From Mizuhopecten yessoensis (Eukaryota): DNA of 64,000 nucleotides. Each line of letters begins with the position of its first letter. Within the stretch, counting starts at the first letter, position 1. Of the stretch, positions 39,092 to 51,849 are shown in pieces. A model generated the notes under the pieces. That model made no database searches and was not told where the DNA came from. It saw nothing but the letters and a program-made list of their open reading frames with translations. The stretch spans positions 66,378 to 130,377 of the forward strand of contig NW_018406643.1 in NCBI RefSeq assembly GCF_002113885.1, written 5' to 3'. Made by a program: the position numbers and the translations under genes.

Positions 39092-42002
39092 AGACGGTAA
39101 AATTCACCAGATCTTAGTTTTAGATTATATTCATCTATTTATTTTTATATCATTATATAGTTAGCAAGTCTCGATATGTCGAAGTCATTTGAACTAAACA
39201 ATTTTTAAACTTCGGGATAGGTTCGGTGTAGTACTACACCAAAAATGCACTAAAATTAATATAAAACAAACAGGAACACATGTGCCAGGTTCCTGTATAT
39301 CAAAACATAAATTTGTATTAATAGGAAAACTCGAACTAATCGACTTCGAAATAGCGAGGTTTTGCTATTAACAATACCGTACTAACTTTACCAAACATAT
39401 TATACAGTCGTACAAGACACAGTTTATGGAAGGTACCGTCGAGAGAATAACTAGAACATAATGAATTTACCACCATAAATCGTGTCGTCGGCTTGTGGTA
39501 TAGCTAGGCCAGACAAAACAATTGTTATTTCCGCTTTCGACCTTCAGCCTTCAAAAACCATGATAAACTGACTATTGTTTTTATTTGGCAAACTATTTCA
39601 ACAAATATCGCATATCGGGACAGCTTTTCTGACTTAAAAGGTGCTTGTTTGGAATCAATTGGGTGTTGTTTAGTTAAAGGCGTTAAACCTAGGGTAGGCT
39701 GAAAAAGTGGACACATAAACATTTCTGGCAAAATGTAGAAAATTATTAATACATTTTCTATCATTCGTAATTATACAGTGTAGCCATCCCGCTAGTAACA
39801 AAAGGTATGTTGTGGGTCAGGGTTTTGTTTGCGTTTGCATGAACCATGTATAGAGCTCTTTCTTATCCAGCTTCGTCTTGCTTTCGCTGTTTGCTTGTTC
39901 CTTTGTCTGCTGTGATTGAGCTCTAAATAAAGGGTTTACATGTCTGTTTTTTCGCTGTACACCTTGACGAGTTCTTTGATCTTGTATGTTGCATTGTTTA
40001 CGTTAATTGCATGAGTTGATAATTAGTACGCAACCGCTTTTAACTCATTCACCCCTGATATTTCATATTGAACTATTCCAACCTTTGAATTGGAAGAGTT
40101 CAAATGTGTCTTCAGGGTTGAAAGAGTTAATGAGTTTTTTTTACACAGACAATGCATATCACATATAAACAGAACTCCATTGGTATGTATTATCATCATA
40201 AAGAAACATACCGACTCCAAGACAGCTATTGTATTTGTTGATTTCTTCTCTTCTTCCATTTTAAACGTCGCGCTACATGTTGTCCATTATGACGTCACAC
40301 TCAGGTAAAAACCGGCCTGGCCACAGTGTCCCGATAATTTGTTACATTTGGTATTTTTGTACCTTTCCTTGTGTGTAGAGAGTAATATTAGACGTTTTAA
40401 GGGTTTGAATCAAATCGTCGGGTCCCTGTGGTTCTGATCAATAATGAAGTTTATCGAAGTGTAATTATAAATTGAAAATGTTGGTTACGTGTTGTTTTAT
40501 AAAAATGTAGTCAATAAGAATGTGGCTTCTGATAATAGTTCTGCTTTAGTAGCATGCTAGTCATCTATGATATGTCGCACACTATAACAGATTTGCGTTA
40601 ATACGCAACTACGTGTTCGATATTCTTTTAATTGCATGATGCTTGGGTCGGCAAAATAGCATCTAATTGCATAACATGACATCGGTGTTATATTGATAAC
40701 ATATTAGGATAGTCAAGAACAACTCTCCAAGCTTCCGGTTTCTTATCGGGTACTTCAACCTGCATTGTTTATTGATAGGTAAATATTTACATCACCGTTG
40801 GTTACAACAGGGTATCGTGCAGATGAAACCGAGTACAACACTTCAGATATCATATACAACATATTCGGTTTTGGCTATGACTAATAGCACGGTGACGCAG
40901 TGCATTTATAGTTTTTAATAGTTAAAGTCTCCGTGCATTTAAAATGTCAGGGACAGATTTTATCGTAAAATACTTGAACACTTACAGGTATCTTATTTTT
41001 TAATTTGAAAAGTTGGGTATATGCATATGATTTAACTTGTTAGGCAAATTTGGTTATTTTTTGTTAAAAATGGTTTAAAATTAAGGAAATATCTTTGTTG
41101 ATACAAGTGCTATCATATAATATAAGTGATCACATTAAGTAGAATTCGGCTATAAAATACTTACATGTGATATGTTTACCTGCGAGTTTGTCAAATCACA
41201 TTTTGTCAATCCGTAATTATGTTAAAAAAAACACCTTTCTATAAACTTAATTTATTTTATAACAATTATGATACAAGTTACTCATTTGGAAGGAAACAAG
41301 GAGGGGGGGGGNATATTTATTGAGCGGTCAGACCGTTCGAATCTGGTCTACTACAGTATATACATGTATCGTATTTCATATAAAACAATCGCCACAGTAT
41401 ATTTAACTAACTAGGTATTAGATTACAGAGGTTTGGTAGATGTGACGTACACACGTGTGTTGTTGTTGTACTGTGGACACGTGTGTTATTGGAAATGTCC
41501 ATTGTAACTGGGGGTCCAGTTACGTTTAAATTATCGTGACCTTCTCGGCGAGGCTCGGTGAGCAATAACGTTCCTAACAAATCTTTTAACTATCAAACTC
41601 AATAGCTTAAATGTATAGTAGATAATTATTGTCTGGGTCGAGTACATGTTTGTAACAAGTCGGTCCTTCAAAATCCTGTCCCGTATTATGTACCCAGCCT
41701 TGGAATCGTAAGTGGCCTAATTTGGCAAATTACGTATTCTATAGATGATCGCGTGAATTTTGATCTGAAATTGACATCTATTACGATATATAACATTCTT
41801 ACAAACACGGGGTCTTCCACTATGGATTATTCAAATGTGTTGACGGTTTCTAAGTACGCGATTACCAACGTTGGATTATTTCACACCCTTTCCGAAAGTG
41901 ATAGCCGCAAGCACGTTAACACGAGCTACTCTGACATTTTCACGTTAGTATCCAGTATATACTGTCAAAGTGGACGAATTCAAGGCCGTTGACGCTCTCA
42001 GG

Positions 42003-42731
42003 ATGAAGTTGTGTGAAGAACTAAAACAATGGAAACTTTTCCTACCAAATCAACCTCTTATGTTACCTTTTGCACCGAGCATGCCTAGACGGAAATCCCG
42101 ATCTCGGCCTCGCCGGAAACGGAAACCACCAGACCCACCGGAGAAAGTTACCATCACAGTGAATGACACAGGTGGACGAACAGTTGCCGTGGAGCGCGTA
42201 GTCCCCAAACGAGAAAAACAAGTCTTGCGGAGGCTGAGCAGAGAGGAAGCAGGCGAAAATGAGGCTGCAAATAGTCGATCTCAAAATATATCAACACAAA
42301 CTACTCTACAGGACCTTGAATTTCTCATCACGGACCCCCGAATTCAGGAGACCAGGGGGCCGAGGAGGGCGTGGCTGCCCGAGGAGGTGGTCTACACGCG
42401 CCAGACCACTGCCCACCGGACTTACCACACGGGCGACACCACCTTGAACGTGGAACATAGGTCCACAGATAATATTGTTGTCCAAATCGACAAACACGGC
42501 TCCGCCCGAGTGGACAATGAAAAGGGACAAGAGGACAAGGAGAACGGACGCAGGGAAAACGAACATGGACAAAGGGTAGAAGGGGGAGATACGAGGGACA
42601 AAGAAGAAACAAACAGAAAGTTTACAAATAATGGCAAACGAATTACATTTTCAGACGAAACTGATAAGACAATGGCACAGACCGACAAGGAAAAAACGGA
42701 CGGAACGACAAGTGTTCGTGCCCCAAGCAAG
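42003..42731 (+). CDS. Cluster gene E exon 1 (start uncertain; frame open from 41949); ~331 aa spliced
   Basis: First in-frame ATG at 42003; ends ...KRITFSDETDKTMAQT...VRAPSK at donor AAG|gtaagg, phase 0. Confidence 0.78.
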
Positions 42732-43404
42732 GTAAGGAGCAAATTACAACAAGTCGAATCTCATACAGCTAGTATTCGCTACACCTACTCGGAGATTAAT
42801 TGTGGATTAAATTTCAAAGTATAAAATACCAATCAAGTCGGTTGACGAACCAGATCTGTAAATAATGAATCGGAATTATATTTGATATGTTCTAAATTGA
42901 GGCTACACACGGCGACCCCGTGTATATTGTTTACATGGTATTCGATATATTCGTGAGATATGGCTACACAGGGGACGATGTGTCCGATTGAATTACAATG
43001 TTATGTTTTGATCGGGTGAATTCTTTTACAATAATTTATTTTATTTAGTAAAATGTTTTGTAACTATATTAAGACAATGGCTTTCTGGTTGCCTTCGTAA
43101 CTCTTGGTTATAGTTTCTGGCGAGACTTACTGAACGGCTTTGCCTCATCTCCCGAGAAAATATAAATAATTCCAGATCAAAAATACAAGTCTCTGCTGTA
43201 TTTCATTATGTAAAACATTTTACTTTTTACCTTGGTTACATGTTACTGTGTTACCTATGACCTTTTTAATAGTTGAAGTCTCCATGCATTTGAAATGTCA
43301 GGGAAAGATTTTATCGTAAAATACTTAAACACTTACAGGTATCTTTTTTTAAATTTGAAAAGTTGGGTATATGTATATGATTTAACTTGTAACTATTATT
43401 ACAG

Positions 43405-43671
43405 GTGGCTAAAGCTTGCGGTCATAAGCTACCAATGGTTCGTGTTGGAGGGGGGTGGATGGAAGTGCCAGATTATCTCCGTTCTCACGTACCGATGCAC
43501 GTGCATGTCGAGAATACAAAAGACGGACAAGAAGGGAACTTGATAATCAGGTCACAGCGACCTAGATCACAAATGTTCTCGAAAAAGGGAGAAAGTCCGA
43601 GCTGGACGGCAACACTGAGCAGGGGTACCAAAGGGAGCGCTTCAACGACAATGAGACAAAGACTTGTGTAG
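43405..43671 (+). CDS. Cluster gene E exon 2; partial GAR motif
   Basis: Acceptor ctattattacag|GTG, phase 0; VAKACGHKLPMVRVGGGWMEVPDYLRSHVPMHVH...NLIIRSQRPRS...PSWT. Confidence 0.85.
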   Translation: MAKACGHKLPMVRVGGGWMEVPDYLRSHVPMHVHVENTKDGQEGNLIIRSQRPRSQMFSKKGESPSWTATLSRGTKGSASTTMRQRLV

Positions 43672-44153
43672 AAAGAGAAACTTTAGAGGAAAGGTGACGG
43701 GAATAGGTCAATTTGGCAAATGTCCGAGAAATGTAGGTCACTTTGACCTCTGTGTGAGAAGAATAGGCTGCAATGACCTTTTATGTGAGGGATGTAGATT
43801 AACTTGACCCCTGCTGAATCAGATTTTGGGTAATTATTTTGAATATGTTGGTGCGAGATTATGACTCAAATATCGATACTCGAATAGGCAAGCTCGACGT
43901 CATAACGGTGTCATTCGATGTTTTGGCAGAGTTATTCAGCATCACGTCATGGGGATAATCACTTTAGAATCTGAAAATTTAATGTACTGAAACCTTTATT
44001 TTCTGCTCATGATGCGTCTCATACTCTTGTGTTGCCATATCTCACCGCGAACATCGTTATAGGAGACTGTAGTGCCATCGGAAGAAACTATGAATACAGT
44101 ACCATTATTCATTTTCTTTGTTGAATTACATATATATATACTAGTATATATAT

Positions 44154-44442
44154 GGGGCAAAGAAGTAATTCCAACAGTGTGGACAAGTTTAGGTTGTCAA
44201 ATTTTCGGAGCGATCCGCTCCTTTTTCAAGACACAGTGAAACAGAACAGTTACATGTACATATACATCATATTACAAGAAGATAGAATCGATATACTATA
44301 ATTGAAAATATAGCTATTATAAAAAAACCAATAGTACCCTCGGCTAAAGACAGCCGAAGGCAGCAACTAAGCATCGCGGACAAGGAACGCTGATGTAGAG
44401 GACCTATTCTTGCGCAAGATGCACTATCATATAAAGTGAGTT
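44154..44442 (-). mobile_element. Penelope-like LTR/retrozyme-type insertion containing a minimal hammerhead motif (44195-44233)
   Basis: 289 bp flanked by the 15-bp direct repeat tactagtatatatat (44139-44153, 44443-44457); minus strand contains TGTC-TTGAAAA-A-GGAGCG(gat)CGCTCC-GAAA-ATTT-GACA. Confidence 0.6.
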
Positions 44443-45098
44443 TACTAGTATATATATATGTACTCAGAAGTTCAATTACGACATTACCTGCCGAAAGGTC
44501 ACTGAGTACACCAAAGTGAAAATCCCACTCGCTTGTTACTGGTGCACTTGTGTCCTACTTTATTGGTTATAATGTTTTACATTTTAATAATATTTTATTT
44601 TTCATAACTTTTAATATTTGTATATTTGTGTGCCTTTTCTTTGTTGTCAATCATTAATAAATCTATCTATTTTACTAGTTTTGTTTCAAGGTTATTTTGT
44701 ACACAATTGAAAACAGATTTTTTTGGTAAAAAAACAACAACAACATAATGCTGCGCTACTGGATATCTTTGAACCTGATAATATATATTGTTTTGATTGA
44801 TATGTGTTTTCAGTTTAACATCAATAACAACTTTGACTTAGGTTGGCAAACATTGAGGTAAGGGAGATAATCCCTATGTATTAAGCGAAAAAAATCATAT
44901 CCAATGAAAGATATTTTTTTAAATGATGTGAAAAATAATCAAACTACGATATACGAACGTGTTGTTTCCCCAAGGGTCAATATACATCTAAATTATCAAT
45001 ACCAGGTATTTGTTTTGAAACGGTCGACCAATCGGAAACTTTTAGAGAACGAAATGTCATAATTAAGATACAATCACGATTATTAGAAGGATATGCAA

Positions 45099-45290
45099 TG
45101 GTTGGTCAAGTGGCGCATTGGATAGCGAGCTCGCCTGTCATCAAGGCGGCCGGGGTCAATTGCCCGACTACGCGGGTTTTCTCCGGATGTTCCGGTTTCC
45201 TCACACATTAAGACCCCAGGCGCTGTCATCCGGGTCAACAAGAGAGATGAATAAAAGTTGATAAAATTTGATTGACAATTGTTGTAAAAG
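45099..45290 (+). mobile_element. tRNA-derived SINE with V-domain-like core, copy 2 (internally deleted)
   Basis: ggttggtcaagtggcgcattggatagcg...gcgggttttctccggatgttccggtttcctcacaca; homologous to the 17402 and 51850 copies. Confidence 0.7.
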
Positions 45291-46424
45291 AACTTTAAAA
45301 TTTACAATGGGACATCGATCACTCGGAACCCTCGGAAATCAATCTTACCTATTGCTATAACTAACTTTTATGAAACCTTCCAAATAAAACATTTATATTT
45401 CATTATATGAAAATTGATTAATATGTTGTGTCCCACAGTTTGTTGGATAGACAGGTTAATCTTTCGGATCTGCCTTTTCTCTCAATGTATCACGGTAGAC
45501 GAATAAATGATACCAATATGGAGTATCCCAAAATGTGTCGAATTAAACAGTGTCCAACGTAAGTTAATTTGATTGTTATGCAGTATTCCACAAAGTGTCG
45601 AACTACACAGGTTTTCCTGTGGATTTGATATATAAATCAAACTAATCTACTCTTGATATTAATTCACTCCATTAATTATCATTTACTGTAAATAATCAAT
45701 GTATATCTAAAAGAACACCTGCTGATTCATGCAAATAAATCCCTATCCAGATAGTTCAATATGGACGTTTCAAAACAAAAACCTTTCTTCCACGTGTAAT
45801 ATGATTTATCAAGATAAAAAAAAAATAAAAAAATGTTTAATTAAAATATGAAAATATCAACGTATGGGAAAGTTAAATGCATGATATATCAGGTAATTTG
45901 TTTAAAGTATTGGTGATGCGTTCCTAAAAAAATCACATATCCGGGAGTTTATTTTAAGGTAATGTATCGTACCGTTGAACAGCAATGTCTTCATTTTTAA
46001 ACTCGCTACAGTCCCATTCAGAAATAATATGTTAGACTCATTTCACGAGTTGTCTATGGTGTGAACTTTAATACCGTTATTACATATGTATATATATTTA
46101 CCTGTATCAGGCGTACTTTTTATGTAACTTATAATTCGGTAACCTGTTTGAAAACCTCGTCAAATATCGCCTTCAGATATAAATGTATACACTTATATGA
46201 ACCGTCATAGGTACAAACATTCAATATAATTGTATAAGTACACCGTATTGTTCACTTTAGAATAACATAACATGTATTCATCTGATACACAGGTAGCTTG
46301 ACACTGGGGTCGTTCGTACGCCTACTCATATAAGAACAGTATTTAAATTTAGTTAGTCAAGTATACCTTAAACATTTTGTACGTGTCCCACAACGATCAA
46401 AGATATCTTTTTAATAGCAGCAAT

Positions 46425-46990
46425 CTCTATAAAACGACCTTCTGTATCTAGAAACTACCTTAATAAAGTGAACACATGTCTGTAGTAGCCACCTCTATAA
46501 AGCGCCCCCTGCCAAAAAATATATCTTTATAAAGCGATCGTTTTTACCTTGAAATGCGCTCTACAAATCGCATGCGTGTACCAGAATGTAAAAATCATAT
46601 GGATAGCAACAAAGTGTGTAGTTGTCACCTCTAGAAAACGACTACGTATCTAAGGTAGTCACCTCTATAAAGCGACCACATGTGTGTAGGAACACTCTCT
46701 ATAAAGCGCCCTCTGCCAACCTTTATAAAGCGACCGTTTTATCTTCAAATATCCTCTATAGATTTTCTACATGTACCAGTATGCAAAATCCATATACATA
46801 GCAACATTTACGTATTAGCAACCTCTGTAAAACTACTACGTATCTGTGGAAGCAACCTCTGTAAAGCCACCTATATCTATTGTAGTCACCTCTACAAAGC
46901 TACGATATATCTGCCGTAGTAACCTCTTTAAAGCGACCACATGTGTGTAGAAATAATCTCTTTAATGCGACCATATATTTGCGACCACGT
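46425..46990. repeat. Degenerate repeat cluster (cacctctataaagcgacc motif) with an internal ~190-bp duplication
   Basis: About 10 variants of acctctataaagcgacc; segments ~46425-46620 and ~46625-46820 align. Possibly a decayed MITE interior. Confidence 0.6.
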
Positions 46991-47597
46991 GTCTATAGAC
47001 AAAATTTACAGTGTGTATTGCGGTTGCTATGCACATGTTCCTCGATTACTTTAACATATATATCGTAATTAGCACGATACATGTGTGTGACGGCTAATGT
47101 CAATAACGTTAACGCCACCCATGTATTAACCATCACCACAAAGGCGATCGGTCAATATTAATTTAAAAACTGAACAGAAGAAAATCGTCCGACCGATCAG
47201 CGAAAGTTTTCAGTCCAAGGTTTTAAACATGTGTATACTTGAAATCGAGCAGACCCGACATAACGGTAAGACACCTCTATACGTATGTAAATTATGTATT
47301 TATACAGGTACATGTAAGTGACACGCGGTGTGTGTCGTCGCTAAGCCGTCAGGGTTTGACAATCAATGACTGTCACTAGTAATAGAACCCGACAGGTGAA
47401 TTGTGTCTGTAGGAACGTGGACTAAGGGACCCGGTATCACAGCCACTCATTCACTGGCAATGTCTGTATTCGACTACGGTCGTGTGTTGTGAAATGACAA
47501 ACAAGATATGTAGGGATGTTTGTTACTGACAGCTGAAAAATATATATATTTATGAAAGGTCACGTTGCTCTAACGAAATAGACACCGGATATTAGAA

Positions 47598-48509
47598 ATG
47601 TCTCACAGAGAACATCGGACATCCTCGTCAAGGCGATCCCGGAGACGTGAAAAGCGGAGCGTGTCGGATGATTCCGATGATGGCGGCCGGATTGTTGAAG
47701 TGAGGCGACGTCCGGCGTCGGCAAGCGACCTCCGACTTCCCGAATATCGTCATAACACCAGTGACGAGAAGGGACAGAAAAAGGCACACCGGAAGGAGAA
47801 AAAAATCACGCGGAACACCAGAGAGGAACGTACTCTCGAATATGTAACAAATAGTGGACATCACGAGCAGCGCCGACCCGTAACGAGGGCGGCGTATCAG
47901 AGTGACGGCGAGGAGATTAATGACAGTGATACCGGAAGTGATAGTACCGTCCGGCGCATGAAGGAACATATGCGCTACTACGCAACACAAAATACCCAGG
48001 CTGCGTCGGAAACAGGCGAGCGACGCATTGTGTACTATAATGCGCGTAACAATGGCCGTCCAATGTCGGACGTCGGCACACAGCTCGTGCAGCATGTCCG
48101 ACAGGACAGTATGCGAGAAAACCGACGTGTCAGCAGACCTCGGTCGGCATTCAGTGAACAGATCTTACATACACGAGATGGCGACCGTCTTGTTGAGCTG
48201 GAGAAACGGGAGGAGGGCAACAAAGTATATTACAACTACCGCCTGAAGGAAGAGGCCAAGCCGCCTCCAGTCCCAGTCAGACGCATGCGTAACGTGGGGG
48301 TACAAATGACCACTAAATACGTTGTTGATCAACCACCTCCGGTCAAAACCAAGAGCGCCGGTACCCAGACTCCGGCACCACCGCCCAAACCTCGCCCAAG
48401 GACACCTCCAAGACTGATTAGAGTAGTTCGCCCAGAGACACCTCCTCTTAGAGTAGTTCGCCCAGAGACACCCCCTCCCGTGGAGGTTATGGAGCCCGTA
48501 CCCGCAGTG
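47598..48509 (+). CDS. Cluster gene F exon 1 (304 codons); ~377 aa spliced
   Basis: Arg/Ser-rich then Pro-rich ORF; ends EVMEPVPAV at consensus donor GTG|gtaagt, phase 0; clearly similar to gene G exon 1. Confidence 0.87.
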
Positions 48510-49301
48510 GTAAGTAGACAAGCAATTATTTGCTATTTGTACAATTATGGTTTAATCATTTAGAGCAGATGGAAAGTTTAGCAAATTAAGTGTTCAATTA
48601 CTTTAAAAACGAAAATCAACAGCTGATGGGAAATGGGGGGAACATAACTTATAATCGTTATAGTCGTAGCAATAGTGGTAAGAATGGCACAACAAGAAAC
48701 ACTGACCTCTACGATCCGTAATAACCAACTGAACATTATTGTTTCCTTAGTCACATGTTACAAGTACAACGGAATCTTATTAATCCGGACACCATAATCA
48801 TCGTTTTCCGGACATTTGTATTCGAGAAACAAAGTTACCCATGTCTCAACATTCCTGTTAATTCAGATTAGTCGAAAACTTGAGGGTCTGGTTTAATGTA
48901 AAGGGGGCGTAGAAGATTTCCACATCAGCCTTACACTTTTTATAAATGAAGATATACAAGGAAGATTTGTGACTTTGATTTTTACCTCCCTGGTCAAAGT
49001 AGTCATATATTTCATTTTGATGCGGTGAATTTATATTTCCTCAATAGCAACATAGAATTAAAAGTTGATGGGTCCCAATTTTTGACCCTAGAATAGATTT
49101 GAAATATTCCTAGTTTGAAAAACTACTATAATTATTGGTAAAGTGAAAAACAGGTGTGATTTGTTTAGAGCAATTCTCCAGAAAATGACTTTAAAAGTAT
49201 TTCATAATATTGATAATATCTTTGATAATTTTAACTTCAGTTTTGGGAAACTTCTGTCCTACCTGTCGTCGCATGAACCTGTAACTTTCTCACTCTTTCA
49301 G

Positions 49302-49523
49302 ATTCCAAAGGCCAAGTCAGTGATGGTGCGCGTGGGAGGAGGCTGGATGAAGGTCGAGCATCATCGCAATCATCACATACCTGTCAAAGTATACGAACAT
49401 AAGCGACGTGCTAGCGCTGACGATAACAAGTTCCTTTTCATTAAGTCCCGGTTCGCACGGAAGAAGAAACAAGTACCAATAGCTTATAAAATGTATAGAG
49501 AGAAACTGGCACAGGCCAACTAG
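49302..49523 (+). CDS. Cluster gene F exon 2; partial GAR motif
   Basis: Acceptor ctttctcactctttcag|ATT, phase 0; IPKAKSVMVRVGGGWMKVEHHRNHHIPVKVYE...KFLFIKSR...VPIAYKMYREK. Confidence 0.87.
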   Translation: MPKAKSVMVRVGGGWMKVEHHRNHHIPVKVYEHKRRASADDNKFLFIKSRFARKKKQVPIAYKMYREKLAQAN

Positions 49524-50008
49524 TGCATTTCTACATAAGACGATATGAGGCCAAACAAACATTATTTTGTGTTTCCGGTAACCATACCGACCGTTATGTT
49601 TCTGCCTTCCCTTTACTCCCTCGTGTAGTTTTTGATTTAATGTTTTATTTACCTTCCAACCCTCTTTTTTTTTCAAAATATTTCAGGTAACACATCGATA
49701 TCTTTGTTTGGCCTTATTTATATAACTCTTAATTTAGCTGCCTATGGTCCTAACTAACATTTGATATTTAATTATAGAACAGACGAGATGAAAATCTTAT
49801 GAAAATCTTGAATAGATGTCTTTAATCAAAATACTTTCCCTAAGATATATATTTTTAGTCCTGGGATTTAGTTCAGTACTTAGCAATGTATATTTCTCAA
49901 CTGTTATTATGCCCACAGGGACGAAATTTCCTTAGATAAAAATATATTGTAAATTGGGATATCTATTAATTGGTGATTATTGACAATTTTTTCTCTTATT
50001 CATTGTGT

Positions 50009-50195
50009 CAGGTCCCGGTGGATATATTGCCTTATAAATATTGTTACAGGTCCCTGTGGGGTTATTACCTCATAACAAGTGTTACAGGTCCCTGTGGGGT
50101 TATTACCTCATAACTAGTGTTACGGGTCCCTGTGGAATAACTAATGCCACAGGTCCCTGTGGGATTACAATACCTCATAACATGCCCCTGTGATA
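50009..50195. repeat. 38-bp minisatellite, ~4-5 degenerate copies
   Basis: Unit caggtccctgtggggttattacctcataacaagtgtta. Confidence 0.75.
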
Positions 50196-51849
50196 ATGAT
50201 ACCTCGTACTGTAGCTGATATGTTGGGTCAATGTGAAAATATCATAAAAAAACACGTACGATCCCTGTGATGTACCCTAGATGTAAGCTTGGCGCTGCTC
50301 ACCATATTAATTGATATTGTTTATTTCAGATTTAGTTTTTATTTAATTACTCTCTAGTCAGCTTAATGTCCCTTCTCAGACTACGATGTACCTCGTTTAA
50401 TACGTTATGATATTAACCGGAACTCTATTATCCGGCTCCCTTTTATCCGTAATCAAAATATCCGGAAAATCGGGGTTATATAAGAATTGATTTTCTCTCG
50501 AGTCATTTTGTACATCTTCATCGCAGTGAAGATATAAGATTCCAAAATAACGAGGTACCGTTGTATATGAGGCATTGCTTAACTTATACATCCATCACTC
50601 AGACAGACTTGTTACAGTTTACTAGATAGAAATCTAATTGTTAATATATACATTAAACTAGTTTAACATGTAAATACCTTAATTATGGACAAACAATCAA
50701 CCATGCCGTGAAAAACAGGGTAAGATGTATATAACAAAATGAATCGTGTAGCGCTAGTCTCGTTCACTTTTAAGTTCTCGTTGGCGCCGCGAGACTAAGT
50801 TCGACAAGTTAGCTGAACAAGATAATTTATTGCAATGTGATTTGAAAATACGTATATAGATGGTATATACTAATGTTTCTGTTGTATTATATATATTGAT
50901 ATGTTGTCAATTCAGTTAATTATTAATTAAAATATTTGACAATCATTTTGTTTTCTTATGCTCATTAATAAGTACTTATATTCTGCAAGCTTCATCCCTG
51001 CTTTTGCTTTAAAACATGTCTCATTTTTTTAGGTGTTTTTTTTAAACTTATTTCCCCTCACCGTCACAAACAAGTTCAGTAAAAACACTTAAAGCGATGT
51101 GATTTCTTGAACGGCATTTCCTCTGCTAGGACATCATCAAAAAATGATAAACAGAATATTACACAGGTTTGGTAATATGATGTAGTTTGATAGCAAACGT
51201 TGAAAGTTCCTCAGATGGCATCTACCTGGAATCCAAAAGTCGTTGCCTCAAGCTGCTTATCAATCTCTCTCCAGATGACTGCTCTTGGTCGTCTCGGCGA
51301 TTATAATATTCAATAACAGGGGTCTTTAAAATGCTTGAATAAGAAAATTAAAAGTACTGTCAGAGTTACCCCGCCCTTTGTTCAGGCCAATGCTGCTCTG
51401 AGTATCCAGAGAATACATGCTGCCAAAATAAATATATAAAAAAACATAAATGATTAATTGATTAATTTAATATATAAATAAATTATCTATGCGTTAAAGT
51501 TTTTCTTAATTTAGTTTTAAGTAATTTTATTTTCGAATTTGTATTACTATCCCTCCGGTGGCAAGGTGGTTTTCCCCCGTGGGATTACCTGCAACACGAA
51601 AACACCATTTGTTCCCTTAGCGGCGTCGTAATAAAAGCTCTACATAGCTTATGTTTGTTGTTGACAATGTACACGACGTTAAATAAAGATTCTTTAGTTA
51701 TTTTTGTCTCTGGTTGACACGTTTATAGAATCATTTGTCTAGGTGGCGCGCCGTGATACAGTATCATGGTCATGACATTTCAGTGAGATAACACTTTAAA
51801 GTGATACTAGACATACGTTAACTTCATTTGATTGACAACAATAATGAAA

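Noticed and set aside
27069-49523. Calling the cluster GAS2/GAS2L or spectraplakin exons
   Set aside because: No CH, spectrin or EF-hand exons; each MVRVGGG exon ends in its own stop and lacks DPC, so no gene symbol was assigned.
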